Origin: Blepharisma stoltei ATCC 30299
Taxonomy: Eukaryota > Protista > Ciliophora
Direction of reading: 5' to 3'
Assembly: GCA_965603825.1 (NCBI GenBank)
Contig: CBFDEM010000041.1
Span: 615,472 to 679,471 of the forward strand
DNA length: 64,000 bases
The translations under genes and the position numbers were made by a program. The notes beneath the pieces were generated by a model. The model made no database searches and was not told the DNA's origin. It saw nothing but the letters and a program-made list of their open reading frames with translations. Each line of letters opens with the position of its first letter. Positions within the stretch are counted from its first letter, which is position 1. Below are positions 23,824 through 36,080 of this stretch, piece by piece.

Positions 23824-24672
23824 CTAAAGCGATGGATTTATTTGAAGATTCAGTTGGCAAGCTAAAGATAGGTGATCACTAGGGTAAATTTGTGAAGGCA
23901 ATCCTTTCTCGCCAATAGTTTCTTCACTTGGCATGCTTAAAACGCATGCCACGTCAAACCCTTTAATCCATATATAATCAACTGTTTTTCTTTCAAATTC
24001 ATCTCTGAATTTAAAAGTTGTGAAAATTGGCTCAATTCCTTCTTTATTGTATACACTTTTAAAGCTCAGCCTATGCTCACTTAATATATTGTATGTTTTG
24101 CTTCCAGGCTCTGTGTTAAAATCGCCACACATAATTAAAGGAAGATTTCCTGCACATAGATCGAGTTTTTGTAATAAATATTCCATTTGTATTGCTCGTT
24201 CTTCTTCGCATTCGTGCATTGATTTTAGATGTGTGGCGACTACAATAAACTCTATACTAGCGAAATTTAGTTTCACTACCAAGGCAAATTGATTGGAATT
24301 AGGAAAATATCAGGCCTCTTGGGAGGAAACTGAAAATTTTTTGTTATAAAGCAAGCAAATCCCATCACGATGCCACCCGCGCTTCTTTTGATAAATTCCT
24401 GCAAAACCTTTTTCGTTCATCCATGGAACTATGAAGTCATCATAGTGGTCAATTTCACTCAGACAATACAGATCAGCTCCAATTGAATCCAGCTCGTGCA
24501 GAATCCGCTGTGATCTGTGATTTCATGCTAAATACTCGTCAGCCACTAATGGAAAGAAACCTGAGAGCTGATCTGAAAGCGTGTTCCAAGTCATAACTGT
24601 GAAAATCGGCTGAATAGGTTTGACTTGTAAAAGGGATCTTCCAAGTAGCATTTTATTTAGAAAATGACTCAT
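23824..24672 (-). CDS. NOCT: Nocturnin/CCR4-like EEP-family phosphoesterase
   Basis: VMTWNTL..LAW(TGA)NHR, CLSEIDH, DGICLLY, THLKS, CGDFN, TVDYIW, YPSDHL. Confidence 0.85.
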
Positions 24673-24810
24673 AATAAAATGTCTTGTCCTTTTTATTAAC
24701 TATTTTTGCTTACTTTAATAGAAAAATCTGATACTGAAAACCACAAAAATCAATTTTTCACAATTTTTAGTATAAATATTGCTTAAATTAAAGTTATGAA
24801 TTAATAGATC

Positions 24811-25140
24811 ATGAAAATAAATAAATCCAGCATCCCACGTCCTCATGCAGCAGTAAATGAAATCTACATCACTCGTAAAAGACCTATTCAAGCTTATATC
24901 AAAAGAGCGGAAAAGCTAATGGAACAAGAAATTAAAGAACTGATAATTCATGGCAGTGGAATGGCAATACCAAGAGCATTAGATGTGGCTAATAATTTAA
25001 GAAGATTTTACAATTCTTTTGAAATTCAGACTTCATCTGTAGCAGTTGTCGATGAGCTTGATCATTCTGAAAATTGTGAAGATGATTCAAGGCTAAGGCT
25101 AATCCCAGCAGTACACATAAGATTGTCTGATCTTAAATAA
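24811..25140 (+). CDS. POP7: RNase P/MRP subunit POP7/Rpp20 (Alba fold)
   Basis: NEIYITRK..AYIKRAEKL..IIHGSGMAIPRA..TSSVAVVDE..R..PAVHI. Confidence 0.8.
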   Translation: MKINKSSIPRPHAAVNEIYITRKRPIQAYIKRAEKLMEQEIKELIIHGSGMAIPRALDVANNLRRFYNSFEIQTSSVAVVDELDHSENCEDDSRLRLIPAVHIRLSDLK

Positions 25141-25165
25141 GGATTTTGGCTTAATTGTTTAAAAA

Positions 25166-26350
25166 TTAAATTATTTTGGCTTTCTTTTTCTTCTTAGACT
25201 TATTTTCCAAGTTTTCACAATACTTTTGGAGCCTTGATATAACAGACTCATAATGGTCTTTTAATTGGTTTACAGTATCGTCAAACTGTTTTTTAGAGTT
25301 CCGCTTGTGGTTTGAGCATTGGATTTTGGTTTCTCTCATTTCAATTTTTAATGCTTTTAAAGCAGAAAAATATTTTGTTGATAAATCTATAGCTTTTGCT
25401 CTTCAATTACTCAGCTCATTTTCTAAAAATTTGACTCTTTCTTCATAATACGCTTTTACATCTTTTCAAGGCTTATTTAATTTATTTCTTTCTTTTTCAA
25501 GGTTTTTAATTTCTTCTAAAATTTCTTTTTTCTTTTCTTCGAGTCCCTGTAATTCTTCTTTAGCTGCTGCGATTTGTTTTATATTTGGCTGACTTTGTGT
25601 GTTATTTTTGGTTTTTAATGTCCTGTTTTGTTGGCTTATTCTGGAAGGTTCACTGCTTCTAGGTCTTAGAATTGCATTTCCTTGTGACAGTTTTCTTTTT
25701 GCTTTAGTCCCATTCGCATCATTTTTTTTATTTTCCATCTCCATTTCAGTTTTTACATAATTTTTAATCCTTTCAGTCTGCATCTCTAACTCTTTAAATT
25801 CTTTATCTTTTATACGTTCTTTTTCTTTAAGCTTCTGCTTCAACTCTTTTACTTCTTCTTTTTTTGTTTTTAATTTTTCTAACAATTTTTCATCACTTTT
25901 TCTGCTTTCAACTACTCCTTTATTTCCTACCTCTATAATTTGGTTGAGCCTATCGATTTCATCTCTATACAAAGCTGTCTCATTTTTATAAATTTCACAA
26001 ATTTCTTCATATTTTTTCTTAAATCCTTCTTCTCTATGGTTTTCTATTTTTTTGCCACTGTTTTCGAGCTCTATATAAGAATTTTTTTGGGAACTGTCTG
26101 ATTTTTCTATACTTTGTGAAAGATTTGGGGAAGGCTTGTAGGGATCATTTCGCTTATACATGAAGATTGGACTATAGGTGTTTGGCCGCTCTATTTGATA
26201 GCTTTGGTTTCTTTTTCAGCTAGCTAAATCTTTTTCAGCGAGTGAGGTTTCCAGTTCTGCCTAGATGGGTTTTACTTTTAATAGTAAAGCTTTTCTGTAT
26301 TCTCTTTCTTCGACAAGTTCTGGAGTTAATAGTCTCTTTCCTAAATCCAT
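25166..26350 (-). CDS. Coiled-coil hypothetical protein (1 intron, TGA=Trp)
   Basis: ATG at 26350; 15-nt intron 26261-26275 (GTAAAACCCATCTAG) removes an in-frame TAG; frame reads through TGA to TAA at 25166. Confidence 0.75.
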
Positions 26351-26521
26351 TTTTAAATTATTAAGAATTGCCTTTTAGGATCATCACAAGTAAAACACGC
26401 ATAAAAATTAATTAAAACAAGAAGAAATTGCAAATATAAAGAGGATATACTTTATCAATGTGTTTTCAGAAAAAATATAATTTTTATATGCATTTAGTTA
26501 TTTTCGAGACATTGTCTGTCA

Positions 26522-26580
26522 ATATTGGTAAAATATATTTAATAATAATCTATATTGGTAAACTATATTTAATAATATCT
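26522..26580. repeat. Imperfect tandem duplication, about 30 bp x 2
   Basis: ATATTGGTAAAATATATTTAATAATAATCT followed by ATATTGGTAAACTATATTTAATAATATCT. Confidence 0.7.
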
Positions 26581-26758
26581 ATAGACGGATTTAAAAAACT
26601 GTTTTTATAAAATGACAGTTTAGTCGCTAATCAAAACTTTTTTTATTTAAACAAATTTTAACCAATGCCACGCTATTCTCATCTTCCTGAGAGTTACGTT
26701 TTTAAACTTTATCAAGATAAACTATCCTTTCGGTTTTTATTTTCGTCTTGAAATCTAT

Positions 26759-27301
26759 ATGCAAAGTCTATCTTTGCATAATGGGGGTATCCACACCAAT
26801 TCAAATTTAAAAATGATTGATATACCAACCAGCCAGCTTAGCCTGCTGCTTCCCCAAAAACTGATTGAAGACGTTTTAGGATACCAAAACCATGATCTAT
26901 CTCCCTCAAGCCCCCATATAATTTCCACTTCAATTCAGTCATCCCCTTCTTCTGTATCCAAATCTTCATTTCCTCCATCTCCACAAATCGCACCCTTAGA
27001 AAGCCGCCTCCACTCTTATTTATTTAAACATCCTCACAAAGGCTCGGTCTCTTTAAAACTTGCTACATTATTTGAAAACTTAAATTTAGAAAAGGAAGTA
27101 GAAAAAGAAATCGCTGAATGCAAGCAGGAAGTTAAGCTTTGTAATGAAATTAAGACGGACTTTTTCGACGGAGTTGTAGCAACGATTAATTTATTTGCTA
27201 AAAAACCTGAAAAATTAAATGCAAGGGCGAAAATCTTTTGTCCATTGGAAATTGATAAAGAAAATATCCCTCCACAGTGGATAAATGATAAGAGAAATTA
27301 A
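26759..27301 (+). CDS. Hypothetical Ser/Pro-rich protein
   Basis: ATG-TAA ORF of 180 aa; start codon uncertain. Confidence 0.65.
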   Translation: MQSLSLHNGGIHTNSNLKMIDIPTSQLSLLLPQKLIEDVLGYQNHDLSPSSPHIISTSIQSSPSSVSKSSFPPSPQIAPLESRLHSYLFKHPHKGSVSLKLATLFENLNLEKEVEKEIAECKQEVKLCNEIKTDFFDGVVATINLFAKKPEKLNARAKIFCPLEIDKENIPPQWINDKRN

Positions 27302-27336
27302 ATTTGGTTATTATTTTTCTATTATAATAATTCTAA

Positions 27337-27741
27337 ATGGCCTTAAGATTAGCAAGAGTGTTTAGACGCTCAGGGATGCCCCAGCTAGCTACAAGAGGAA
27401 GACCTGCTGCAGACACTGAAGTAGCTGATGAAATCCCTCACGATTTCTACGTAGTAAAAGATTATGAAAGAAACTTGTTTTATGGGCAGCTCTCCCATGC
27501 TCAGAGACCTGGTTATAAAAAGAGATATGATCCATTTAAGAAATTCTCTGAAAGACAAGAACATGCTTGGACTCCCAGATATAGAAACCAACAATTTGAT
27601 GCTGGGACAGGCTGGATTACCTTCGCTTTTATTCTTTTATTGCCTTTTGAATTTATTGTGCTTTTCTATTTGGAAACCAAGTATAAAAGATATCGCTACA
27701 ACCCATTGGCTTACAACTTGGGTATTCCTCATGAACTCTAG
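27337..27741 (+). CDS. Probable mitochondrial single-pass membrane protein
   Basis: Arg-rich amphipathic N-terminus MALRLARVFRR (presequence-like) and one TM helix, WITFAFILLLPFEFIVLFYL. Confidence 0.7.
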   Translation: MALRLARVFRRSGMPQLATRGRPAADTEVADEIPHDFYVVKDYERNLFYGQLSHAQRPGYKKRYDPFKKFSERQEHAWTPRYRNQQFDAGTGWITFAFILLLPFEFIVLFYLETKYKRYRYNPLAYNLGIPHEL

Positions 27742-27802
27742 ATAAGTTAACTACAACTTTAAAGAGATTAATTGATAGATTAATAAAAATAATTTAAGAA
27801 AG

Positions 27803-29083
27803 ATGTTTGCAGCAGGCAATTTTTATTTAGAAGAAAACTTAGGAATTGTACTTGATATAGGCAATCATACTACAAAAGCTGGCTACGCAGGAGATGCCGT
27901 ACCTAAAGCAATTGTCCCTTCAGTAAACATAATTTAGTATGTTGGCATCATCGAAAACCCCAACCAAATGGATCTTGAATCCAAAGACATTTTAACAGGG
28001 GACAGAATCAATAAATACCAAGACTATATGAAAATCGAACAACTTTTTGCTGAAGGCAGAGACAAGTATGAAAAAATCGAACAAATATGCAAAGAAGCTC
28101 TTGAAAAAAGTCTAAAAATCACACAGCAAACGCATCCAATTTTATTATCAGAGCCAAGTATCCACGATAAAGAATTTCGTAGTGCTTTAACTGAAATTAT
28201 GTTCGAGAAATTACAGCTTCCAGCTATTTTTATAGTAAAAAATGCAGCACTTTCTTCATTTGCGTCAGGAAGGACTACAAGTTTAATTTTGGATTCCGGG
28301 GCTTATTCAACTAGTGCAGTCCCAATACAGGATGGGTATGTTTTACAGAAATCAATAACACAATGTAATATCGGAGGAGAAATGTTTACTGATATGCTGC
28401 TGAGTACTTTGAAGAGTAATGGAGTGTACATAAGGCCTCATTATACATTTAACAAAGATATTAAAAGTATTGAGGATGGAGAAATAGGAAGCACTGATTT
28501 TGCTATTGAAGAAGTCTTAAATATTGATGTAAACCCTTCATTTCAAGAGCATTCTATAAAAGAAGTAGTAAGAAATATAAAAGAAGCCACATTTAAGGTA
28601 AGCGATATCACTTTTCCTGAAACTTCTTATACAGGGATTCAGCCTCAGAACTATGATTTGCCTGATGGCACACAAATTCAGGTCGGAACTGAAAGATATA
28701 GAATCCCTGAAATGCTTTTTGTGCAAGGAGCTGAAGGAGTAGCAGGAGTGGCAGGATTTTCAGGGGTCCACCAAATGGTTTGTGATGCAATTAATAAGTG
28801 TGATGCAGAAATTCGAAGAGAATTATATGGAAATCTAATAGTTACAGGAGGAAATTCTCTTATTGGAGGATTTCCTGATAGATTGTATAAGAAAATTTCA
28901 GAAATTAATGCTCAGAGCATGAAAATCAGAATCATTGCCCCTCAGAACCCTAATGACCGAAAATTCAGTGCTTGGATAGGAGGCTCCATTTTAGCATCTT
29001 TAGGAAGTTTCAGCCAAATGTGGATATCAAAGCAAGACTATGATGAAAATGGAGCTAATATAGTAGAAAGAAAATGCCCTTAA
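27803..29083 (+). CDS. ARP4: Actin-related protein 4 (ARP4/BAF53-like), 2 tiny introns
   Basis: Spliced N-terminus MFAAEENLGIVLDIG..KAGYAGD..PK; HPILLSEP, ASGRTT, YDLPDG, TGGNS, RKFSAWIGGSILASLGSFSQMWISK..ERKCP; introns 27816-27830 and 27923-27937. Confidence 0.9.
27923..27937 (+). other. 15-nt spliceosomal intron in ARP4
   Basis: GTAAACATAATTTAG; contains an in-frame TAG, and its removal restores the conserved PS-YVG. Confidence 0.9.
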
Positions 29084-29191
29084 TAAATTATCTCTATCAT
29101 TTTTAACTAATAGATAAAATTATTAGTCTAAAACCCAATCATACCAACATTTTTTTCGTGACCTATAATTTTGAATTTTTGATATAAAAAT

Positions 29192-29758
29192 ATGTTGAGT
29201 GATCATTTGCATAAACAGCTAATAGCAAATTGCCAGAGAGAGCCTACAGTTATAGATAGCTATGGTGTCCATTTTGAATATCATGATTTATGTGCAAGAC
29301 TTCTTGCATTGCAAAATTTACAAGAATTGGCTAATCAACAAAGCAAAAAAAGTCCGACAAGTAAAGTTCCGAATTTAGTGGGATTAGAATCAATTAATGC
29401 TGCCCCTACAGAAATAAAGAGCGATAGAGCCAGACATTTGTATGATGTAAATTTTTTCAAAAATAATTTTCTCAAGCCGAAAAAACAAAAAATAATGCTA
29501 AGAAATTCGAGTGGGCCAATTAAAAATTTATCACAAATACATCTTAATGGGTCCTCAACAGAGCGGAAATCTGTTTATGAAAGAGTTCAGTCCGTATATG
29601 GGAAAAGAAAGATCGTGGGTGCTAATAAAAAGCCAGCAAATATTGATATTTTGGCTTTAAAATTGAGCCGAGTCCCACCAATGCCATCTAATTTGTCTAC
29701 TAAAGTATCTCTATTGAAGAAAATTAAAAGCAAAGCTATAATTACTAAAAAAAATTAA
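29192..29758 (+). CDS. Hypothetical basic protein
   Basis: ATG-TAA ORF of 188 aa. Confidence 0.7.
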   Translation: MLSDHLHKQLIANCQREPTVIDSYGVHFEYHDLCARLLALQNLQELANQQSKKSPTSKVPNLVGLESINAAPTEIKSDRARHLYDVNFFKNNFLKPKKQKIMLRNSSGPIKNLSQIHLNGSSTERKSVYERVQSVYGKRKIVGANKKPANIDILALKLSRVPPMPSNLSTKVSLLKKIKSKAIITKKN

Positions 29759-30087
29759 TTTTGCTGTAATAAGTAAAGATTTGCTATCTGAAATAGGGCA
29801 ACTGAAGAAGCTATAATTTTGCATATGAATTATTCAGAAATTGAAATTTTTAGTAATATTATTTATTTCTTAGAGCTTAAGACAGTAATTATTGATTTTA
29901 ACTAGAAAAATTTAAGATTCTCTAATAAGAAGAAAATAGAAATAATATAACTATGCAAAATAGAGAAATTTAAAGGAGATATATAGAATCCCAAAAAGGA
30001 TTGTGTAACCTTTAACGCAGAATTTAAGCTGACAGTCGATTTTCTTTAAAACCGAAATATATATTAAATAATTTTTTATAGTAGATA

Positions 30088-30720
30088 TTATTTCTCTGAC
30101 AAGCATGGTTTTGTCAGATAATCAATTATTCCATATTCAAAACAGTTATTTATTAATATCTTCATCAGTATTAAAAGCTGAGTATCCTCTAATTGATATC
30201 TTCTCATTTGATAATAATTTATTATTTCAATTGTGGCTTCAAATCCTGACATTTCAGGCATGCTACAATCCATAATAATTGCTTTATACATTTGTTTTCT
30301 CTCATTACAGGAGATGACTTTATTCATAGCGTTTTTCCATTGCAAGCCTCATCAATAAATCAATGCTGCGGGCTCAGGATTGACAGTAGAGCAAGCCTAT
30401 TAAACTCATTGCCATCCATAGTAAAAATATCAGAAACCATCGAGCTTTTTAAGGATTATCAATATAAATGTTTTTTCGTTTTCTAAGAAAATTGTTCTAC
30501 TGCTAATAAATTGGGGGGATAAACTTGGAAATACCAAAGAAAAATCAAAAAGTTGAGCCTTTGCCTGGAGAAGATTTTACTTTGATTGACTTTCCGCCAA
30601 GCTGTTTTACTAGAAAATTTGAGTTATAAAGAAGAATTCATGAGCCTCTTGGGTTAATAATTGGAATATAAGAAGTGCTGAATTCTATGAAAAGCCTTTT
30701 TCCCATTTATTCATTCATCC
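30088..30720 (-). pseudogene. Degenerate 3' remnant of a hybrid histidine kinase (end of HATPase domain plus receiver)
   Basis: Pieces in different frames: IPIINPRGS.ILLYNSNFLVKQLGGKSIKVKSSPGKGSTFDF, MDGNEFN, ACNGKNAMNKV, MDCSMPEMSGFEAT, YLTKPC. They align to the intact kinases at 33116 and 36081, with frameshifts and TAA/TAG stops. Confidence 0.8.
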
Positions 30721-30816
30721 CAAGCATATTTGCTTTATTTTAAAAATAATCTAAATACATAATTTTAATTATCTTTAGTATAACATTTAAATATTAATCT
30801 CATATAATTAGCGGGA

Positions 30817-33033
30817 ATGGACATCTTAGAGCAGCATCAAGAACTCTCGCCTTATCACATCTCACTCTGCATCCTTCTCCACGAATCATTTATGAACCCA
30901 AAACTATTACCTCAACAGCGTCAAAAAACCCTAAGCTTTCTTGTTAGTAAAATCAAAGATGAAGGATCTGAAGAAATGAGCTTTCAAGATTTAGTAAATT
31001 ATCTGCAAACTCTTGAAGAAGGAATCAATTCTATTCAGCCAATAAAAACCCATTTTTTAAACGCTATTAGCTCTTTACAGCACTTCAGCGACATTCTTAC
31101 CTTTTTCATTGCGAAATTGAATGAACTTAAAAATGAAGGCGAAATGAGCATGGGGTATTTGGAGCAAGGAGGAACTTTATATTTGTTTTTGCGAAAATGC
31201 TTTTTGATTTTTGCGAGGATGGGGTTTGAAGATATCACAAAGCTTGATAAAAAGCTTCAAGAATACAAAAGCGGCAAAACTCAAGAAAAGTCTGATGCCC
31301 AGCACTCAGTATCAGTCGCCACAAATCTAGATAGTTTAGTGCTAAAGAAAACCTACCAAGAGCTTTCTGAAGAAATTTCCAAAATAAACCCTCCAACTAA
31401 CTTCATTTGCCAAGGCCATTTAGACGCTTATTACAAAAACAATCAAGCAATTGACAACATTCATAGGTATTTTGATATGATTTTGGACTCAAAAATGCCT
31501 ACAAAAACAACTCGTGAAAAAGGGCTAGTAGTCGTCCAATCATCAACACATTATGCTTCTTTGCATAGAGTAAAAATTGAGCTTCAGCTAGGCCATTTAG
31601 AGCCTGCATTGCATTTATTAGTAGAAACCATAAAGCGAGCACTCAGCGAAAATGATAACCCAGTTATTTTAGAGTCTACACTATTATTTATGAAAATCGC
31701 TGGGCTGATGGGGAATTATAAAAAAGAAAAAAGAATTGCTGAAAGAGCTGTTTTACAATCAATTAAGCTGGGGAACTTAATTGCGCTAATAAAATCATCA
31801 TTATTTTTTTCGCAAGCTGATTTGCTATATTCAAAATGTGAATCGTCTAATATATTAGCTGAAATAAAGCCAAAAATCGATACTAAAAAGAAAATTCCTA
31901 TGATTGTGCCGAGATATTTAAATGTTGATACAAATGTGAAAACATGGGTAAATTTAGCTGATTATGCTTTTATTGAAGGATTAGTCAAGCATGAGCATGC
32001 AGATTTGAGAAGTAACCAAATGAGAATGAATGTTTTAAATTGGATGAATCAAGGATGCTACTGAATTTCACATAGCTTTCTTAATGCCATCAAAGAAAAC
32101 CCTCTGAAAACTGCGATTGATGCTGATTTTTATTTGCAGATTGCTCGATTTTTAGCTCAGTATCAAAAAGATACAGTTCTGGACATCTTAAAATACGTTG
32201 ATTCTTATTGCTCTATTAAAACCTGCATAAAATGGGACTTTTCTATTTATTACATTGGGCACATATGAAGCCTTAACAAAGGAGAACTATTAGAAGCCCT
32301 TTACTTTGAAGAAAAAGCAATTGAAACTTTAAACCAAACAAATGACGTTGACCTTTTCCTTGATATAAAATTAAATAAGCTTCGAAGACTTATTCACCAT
32401 TATCAGCTCAGAGAAGCTTATGAGCTCGCAAATGAGCTAATTTCTACATTACATGACCGTGGCAGCAAAGTTCGCATAGTAGAAACTAGGATTTTATTAT
32501 CTTATATATATTCTATGTCAAGCCAACACTATAAAGCTCTTTCTGAGATAAATAAAACACTTCCTTATATCGAGGATTTTTCAATATTAGAAATCATAAT
32601 AAAAACTAGACTTGCTGAAGTTTATCTTGATATTGCCCCTAATTCTATCCCGTCGCTACAAATATTGACTCCTTTAGATAAAATTCTGGACAGGGTGAAT
32701 TTTCCGCTGATATGTGGGAAATATCATGCAGTTAAGGCAAAATGCTTATTTGCCCTTGGGATGAGCTTGAATTCAAATTTATCGATGAATTTAATGAAAA
32801 GTGGGATTGACCATTGTATTAAAGCGGTGGATTATTTTAAACAAATAAATAGCTGTTATGAAATCAGAGAAGTTTTGTATATGCAGGCAAGAGGGTTCCA
32901 TCAAATCGGGGATTTCGGGAATAGAGATAAATCGGCTGAAGAATTCTGTAAGATTAATCAAGAAATAAATTGGGCTGCAAAGAGGACAAAAAGTAGAGAA
33001 AGCCAGAGTTTAGTGTTTTTAATTGGTGATTAG
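30817..33033 (+). CDS. APC5: Anaphase-promoting complex subunit 5
   Basis: ORFs 30817-32064 and 32515-33033 are in frame via TGA. LSPYHISLCILL, LYLFLRKC..F.RMGFE, DNIHRYFD, YASLH..LGH..AL..ETIKRA.END, followed by a TPR-like C-terminal half. Confidence 0.75.
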
Positions 33034-33115
33034 TTAGAATTAAGCTAGTTTTTCTAGACACCTATTTGTATTATACAAAGTATAAGCTATTACTATGTAT
33101 ATTTTAAAGTATTTG

Positions 33116-35242
33116 TTATAAATACTTAGCTACAATTCTGATTATTTCTTCAGAAGAACAAGGCTTTGGTAGAAAATCAATCATTCCACAGTCATAACAA
33201 AGTTTTATATCCTCCTCTGAGTTATAAGCAGAATACCCAACTATAATGGGCATGTGATTGAGTTTTCCTTCTTTATAAAGCTGGGTAATCAGAGTTGTAG
33301 CTTCCCACCCATCCATTTCTGGCATACTGGAATCCATAAAAATTAGCCGATATGGCTTATTTTTCACGTCCTGAAAAATTACTTTGTCGACTGCAATCTT
33401 CCCGTTTTGGGCCTTCGAGTATGATATTCCATTATTCTTTAAAATGCTACTCAAAATTTCTAAATTAAATTCCATATCATCTACAATCAGCACTGATTGA
33501 TTTTGGCTACCCATAAACTCTCTAAATGACAAGGAAGTTTCTGGGCATGCATCTTCATCATACTCTCTTTTATTAATTGACAAATCGGTCTTATATTTTC
33601 TAGATTGATTCAATAAATCTATAGTAAAATAAAATGCTGAGCCTTTTCCTGGCGCTGATTTTCCTTTGATTATTTTTCCACCTAGTTTTTTTGCCAGCAG
33701 GTTCGATATGTATAGCCCTAGGCCACTTCCTTTATTGTCAATAATCGGGATTGTCGACGAGTTTTCTTCGTCAAGAGCTTTAATTTGTCTTTTTTCAAAC
33801 TCAATTCCTGAGTCTTCAATGCAGCATTTTAGTTTATTTTTAGCATTAACTGTGCAAATAAGCTCAATTTTTCCTTGAATTGTGTGTCTTATAGCATTTG
33901 CTAATAAATCTAATAAAATTTGGTTAAACCTGTCTCGGTCTGTAAAGACCTCTTTGGGCATTAATGGGTCAACCCTACAGATAAGAGAAATCCTTTTTTT
34001 CTCAGCTTGGAAATGGACAAGGCTTAAAGCGTTTTTGATGAGTTCTCTGATATTGCAGTTTCGCTTGTGCATTTTTAAGCTGCCTGTTAGGATTTTTGAG
34101 TAGTCAAGCAGGTCACTGATCATAGACAGCATGAGTTTGCCGGAATTTAGGATAATTGAGAGTGATTTTTTGGACTCCTCTGTAAGGACTTTTTGATTTT
34201 GTAAAATCTCAGTGGCAAAATAAATAATGGAGTTTAATGGGGTTTTAAGCTCATGAGAAGCTGAGTGTAAAATCAAAGATTTTATGCTTTCTTTCGCGAT
34301 GTTTTTTTCTAAATCAATAATTTGATTTGCACTTCTGATCGACAGAAATATTGAAGGAATTCCTTCTCATATGATATTTTTAGCTTTCCACTCAAGATCA
34401 AGATGCCCAGACAGAGAAATCCCCAAGGTTACTTCTTCGTCACTGGGATTTTGAAGCAAATAATTTATATCGTCAATTAAAGCGTTACTTGAAGATATAT
34501 GTGCTATTTTTTTCCCAGGGATATAATGTGTGGCAATCAGCTTTACCTTTAAATGATCCTGACTTGCATTCATGAACTCCAGTGATTTTTCATTGTAAAA
34601 CTCTATGTTTCCTACTTGTGAAAAAATAATGATCCCTTCGAATGAATATTCTGTAATAATTTTCAAGCGATTTGAGGTACTTTCGAGCTCTTTCTGATAT
34701 TGAAAGCGCTCATATGAAGTTTTCATGAGGCGATACCTGCCACAATTGCATAATAAAAAAAGAATAAAAATATCAAAATAAGGGACTGGGATTTTGCTGT
34801 TTGGGTCAAAAAATCAAGGGTGGATGTGCCAGATGTATTCGTGAAATAATAAGACTACATTAAATAATCATACGCTGCTTATTGTCGAAAACTCAAATTT
34901 GATTTTTATTATAAAAGCAATAACCTCGTATATGGTCTCACCTTGTGAATTTTTGGAAATTGCCAAAAATAAAAAGTTGTAATATTCTGCAATAATAACT
35001 AAAAGAACAAGCTTATGCTTATAACTTACACGACAAAATAAACAGACTAATATTAAAGTAAGCATATTGCAAGCACAAAAAGGGATAAAAAAAGTCCAGT
35101 GAAAGGCACTTGGGTTTAGTATCTCGTATATCAGTTTTATGAATCCGTAGAATGCAGAAATGATAGCCATCATATTTAAAAGCTTGAATACTGTCTCTAG
35201 CAAAATGAATGAAATAAATGCTTCTATTTGATTAAAAATCAT
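33116..35242 (-). CDS. Membrane hybrid histidine kinase (TM-PAS-like-HisKA-HATPase-REC), copy A
   Basis: One frame with TGA=Trp. H-box SHELKTPLN, N-box LLANA, G2 GSGLGL, receiver VDD..MD.SMPEMDGW..KP; start approximate. Confidence 0.88.
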
Positions 35243-36080
35243 AAGCAAGCTAAGAGTTAATAAAAAGCAATAGAATGTAGAGGATTCTGTTTAATTTTTT
35301 TCTTGAAAAATTAGCGAGTCTGTTTTTTTTTGCTTCCAATGTAAAAGATGCTGTGTGGGTTCTTGATTGTGCTAAAATAATTGTTAAAAATAATTAGCTG
35401 AAAGTCTAATTAAGTTCTTTTTCTTTATTTTTTTTTCTGCCTGGCTTCAGTAAATGCGGTGCCATGTTTGCCAATTTTTGTAATTCAGAATACAAAAATT
35501 TAAATTTTATAATTTTTCTGGTGTATTTATGCACTAGTAAAATGGTAAGGATACATGCCCTCCGGACTTGTGTAGAGTTTTGCAGCCAAGAAGGAAACGG
35601 AGTCTACCAATCAGGCATTTGTGCATGAAAAAAGATTTTGGCCCTTAGAGGTCACTGATGCTTTAGTCAAATGCATATTGAATAACTGCCAGCTATTCAT
35701 TGATAGCTCAAAGAGCAGAATTATAACCCTTGCCTGTTTATAAAATATTTTCAAAAAATATAAGAAAATAGGAAATCAATAGAACAATTTATATTAAAGC
35801 CGAAAACTTAGAAAATTCGATCTTTGTTGAGTAAGACGTTTAATTATCAGAATTTTAATACTATCTCTAGCAAGTTTATTTTATTATATATAATTAATTA
35901 CAATTTTGAATTGTTATTTTGCTAAGCCAAATTTAAATTTGGATAACTGCCCGATTAAAAATTCTCTGCATTTTAGTTATGAATATATTAAGATCAGAAT
36001 TTTGGTTTCACGCAATATTCAATATTAATTAAGAAATTTTTAGTTTAATTAATGAAAAATTATTTACATTAATTTTATAA

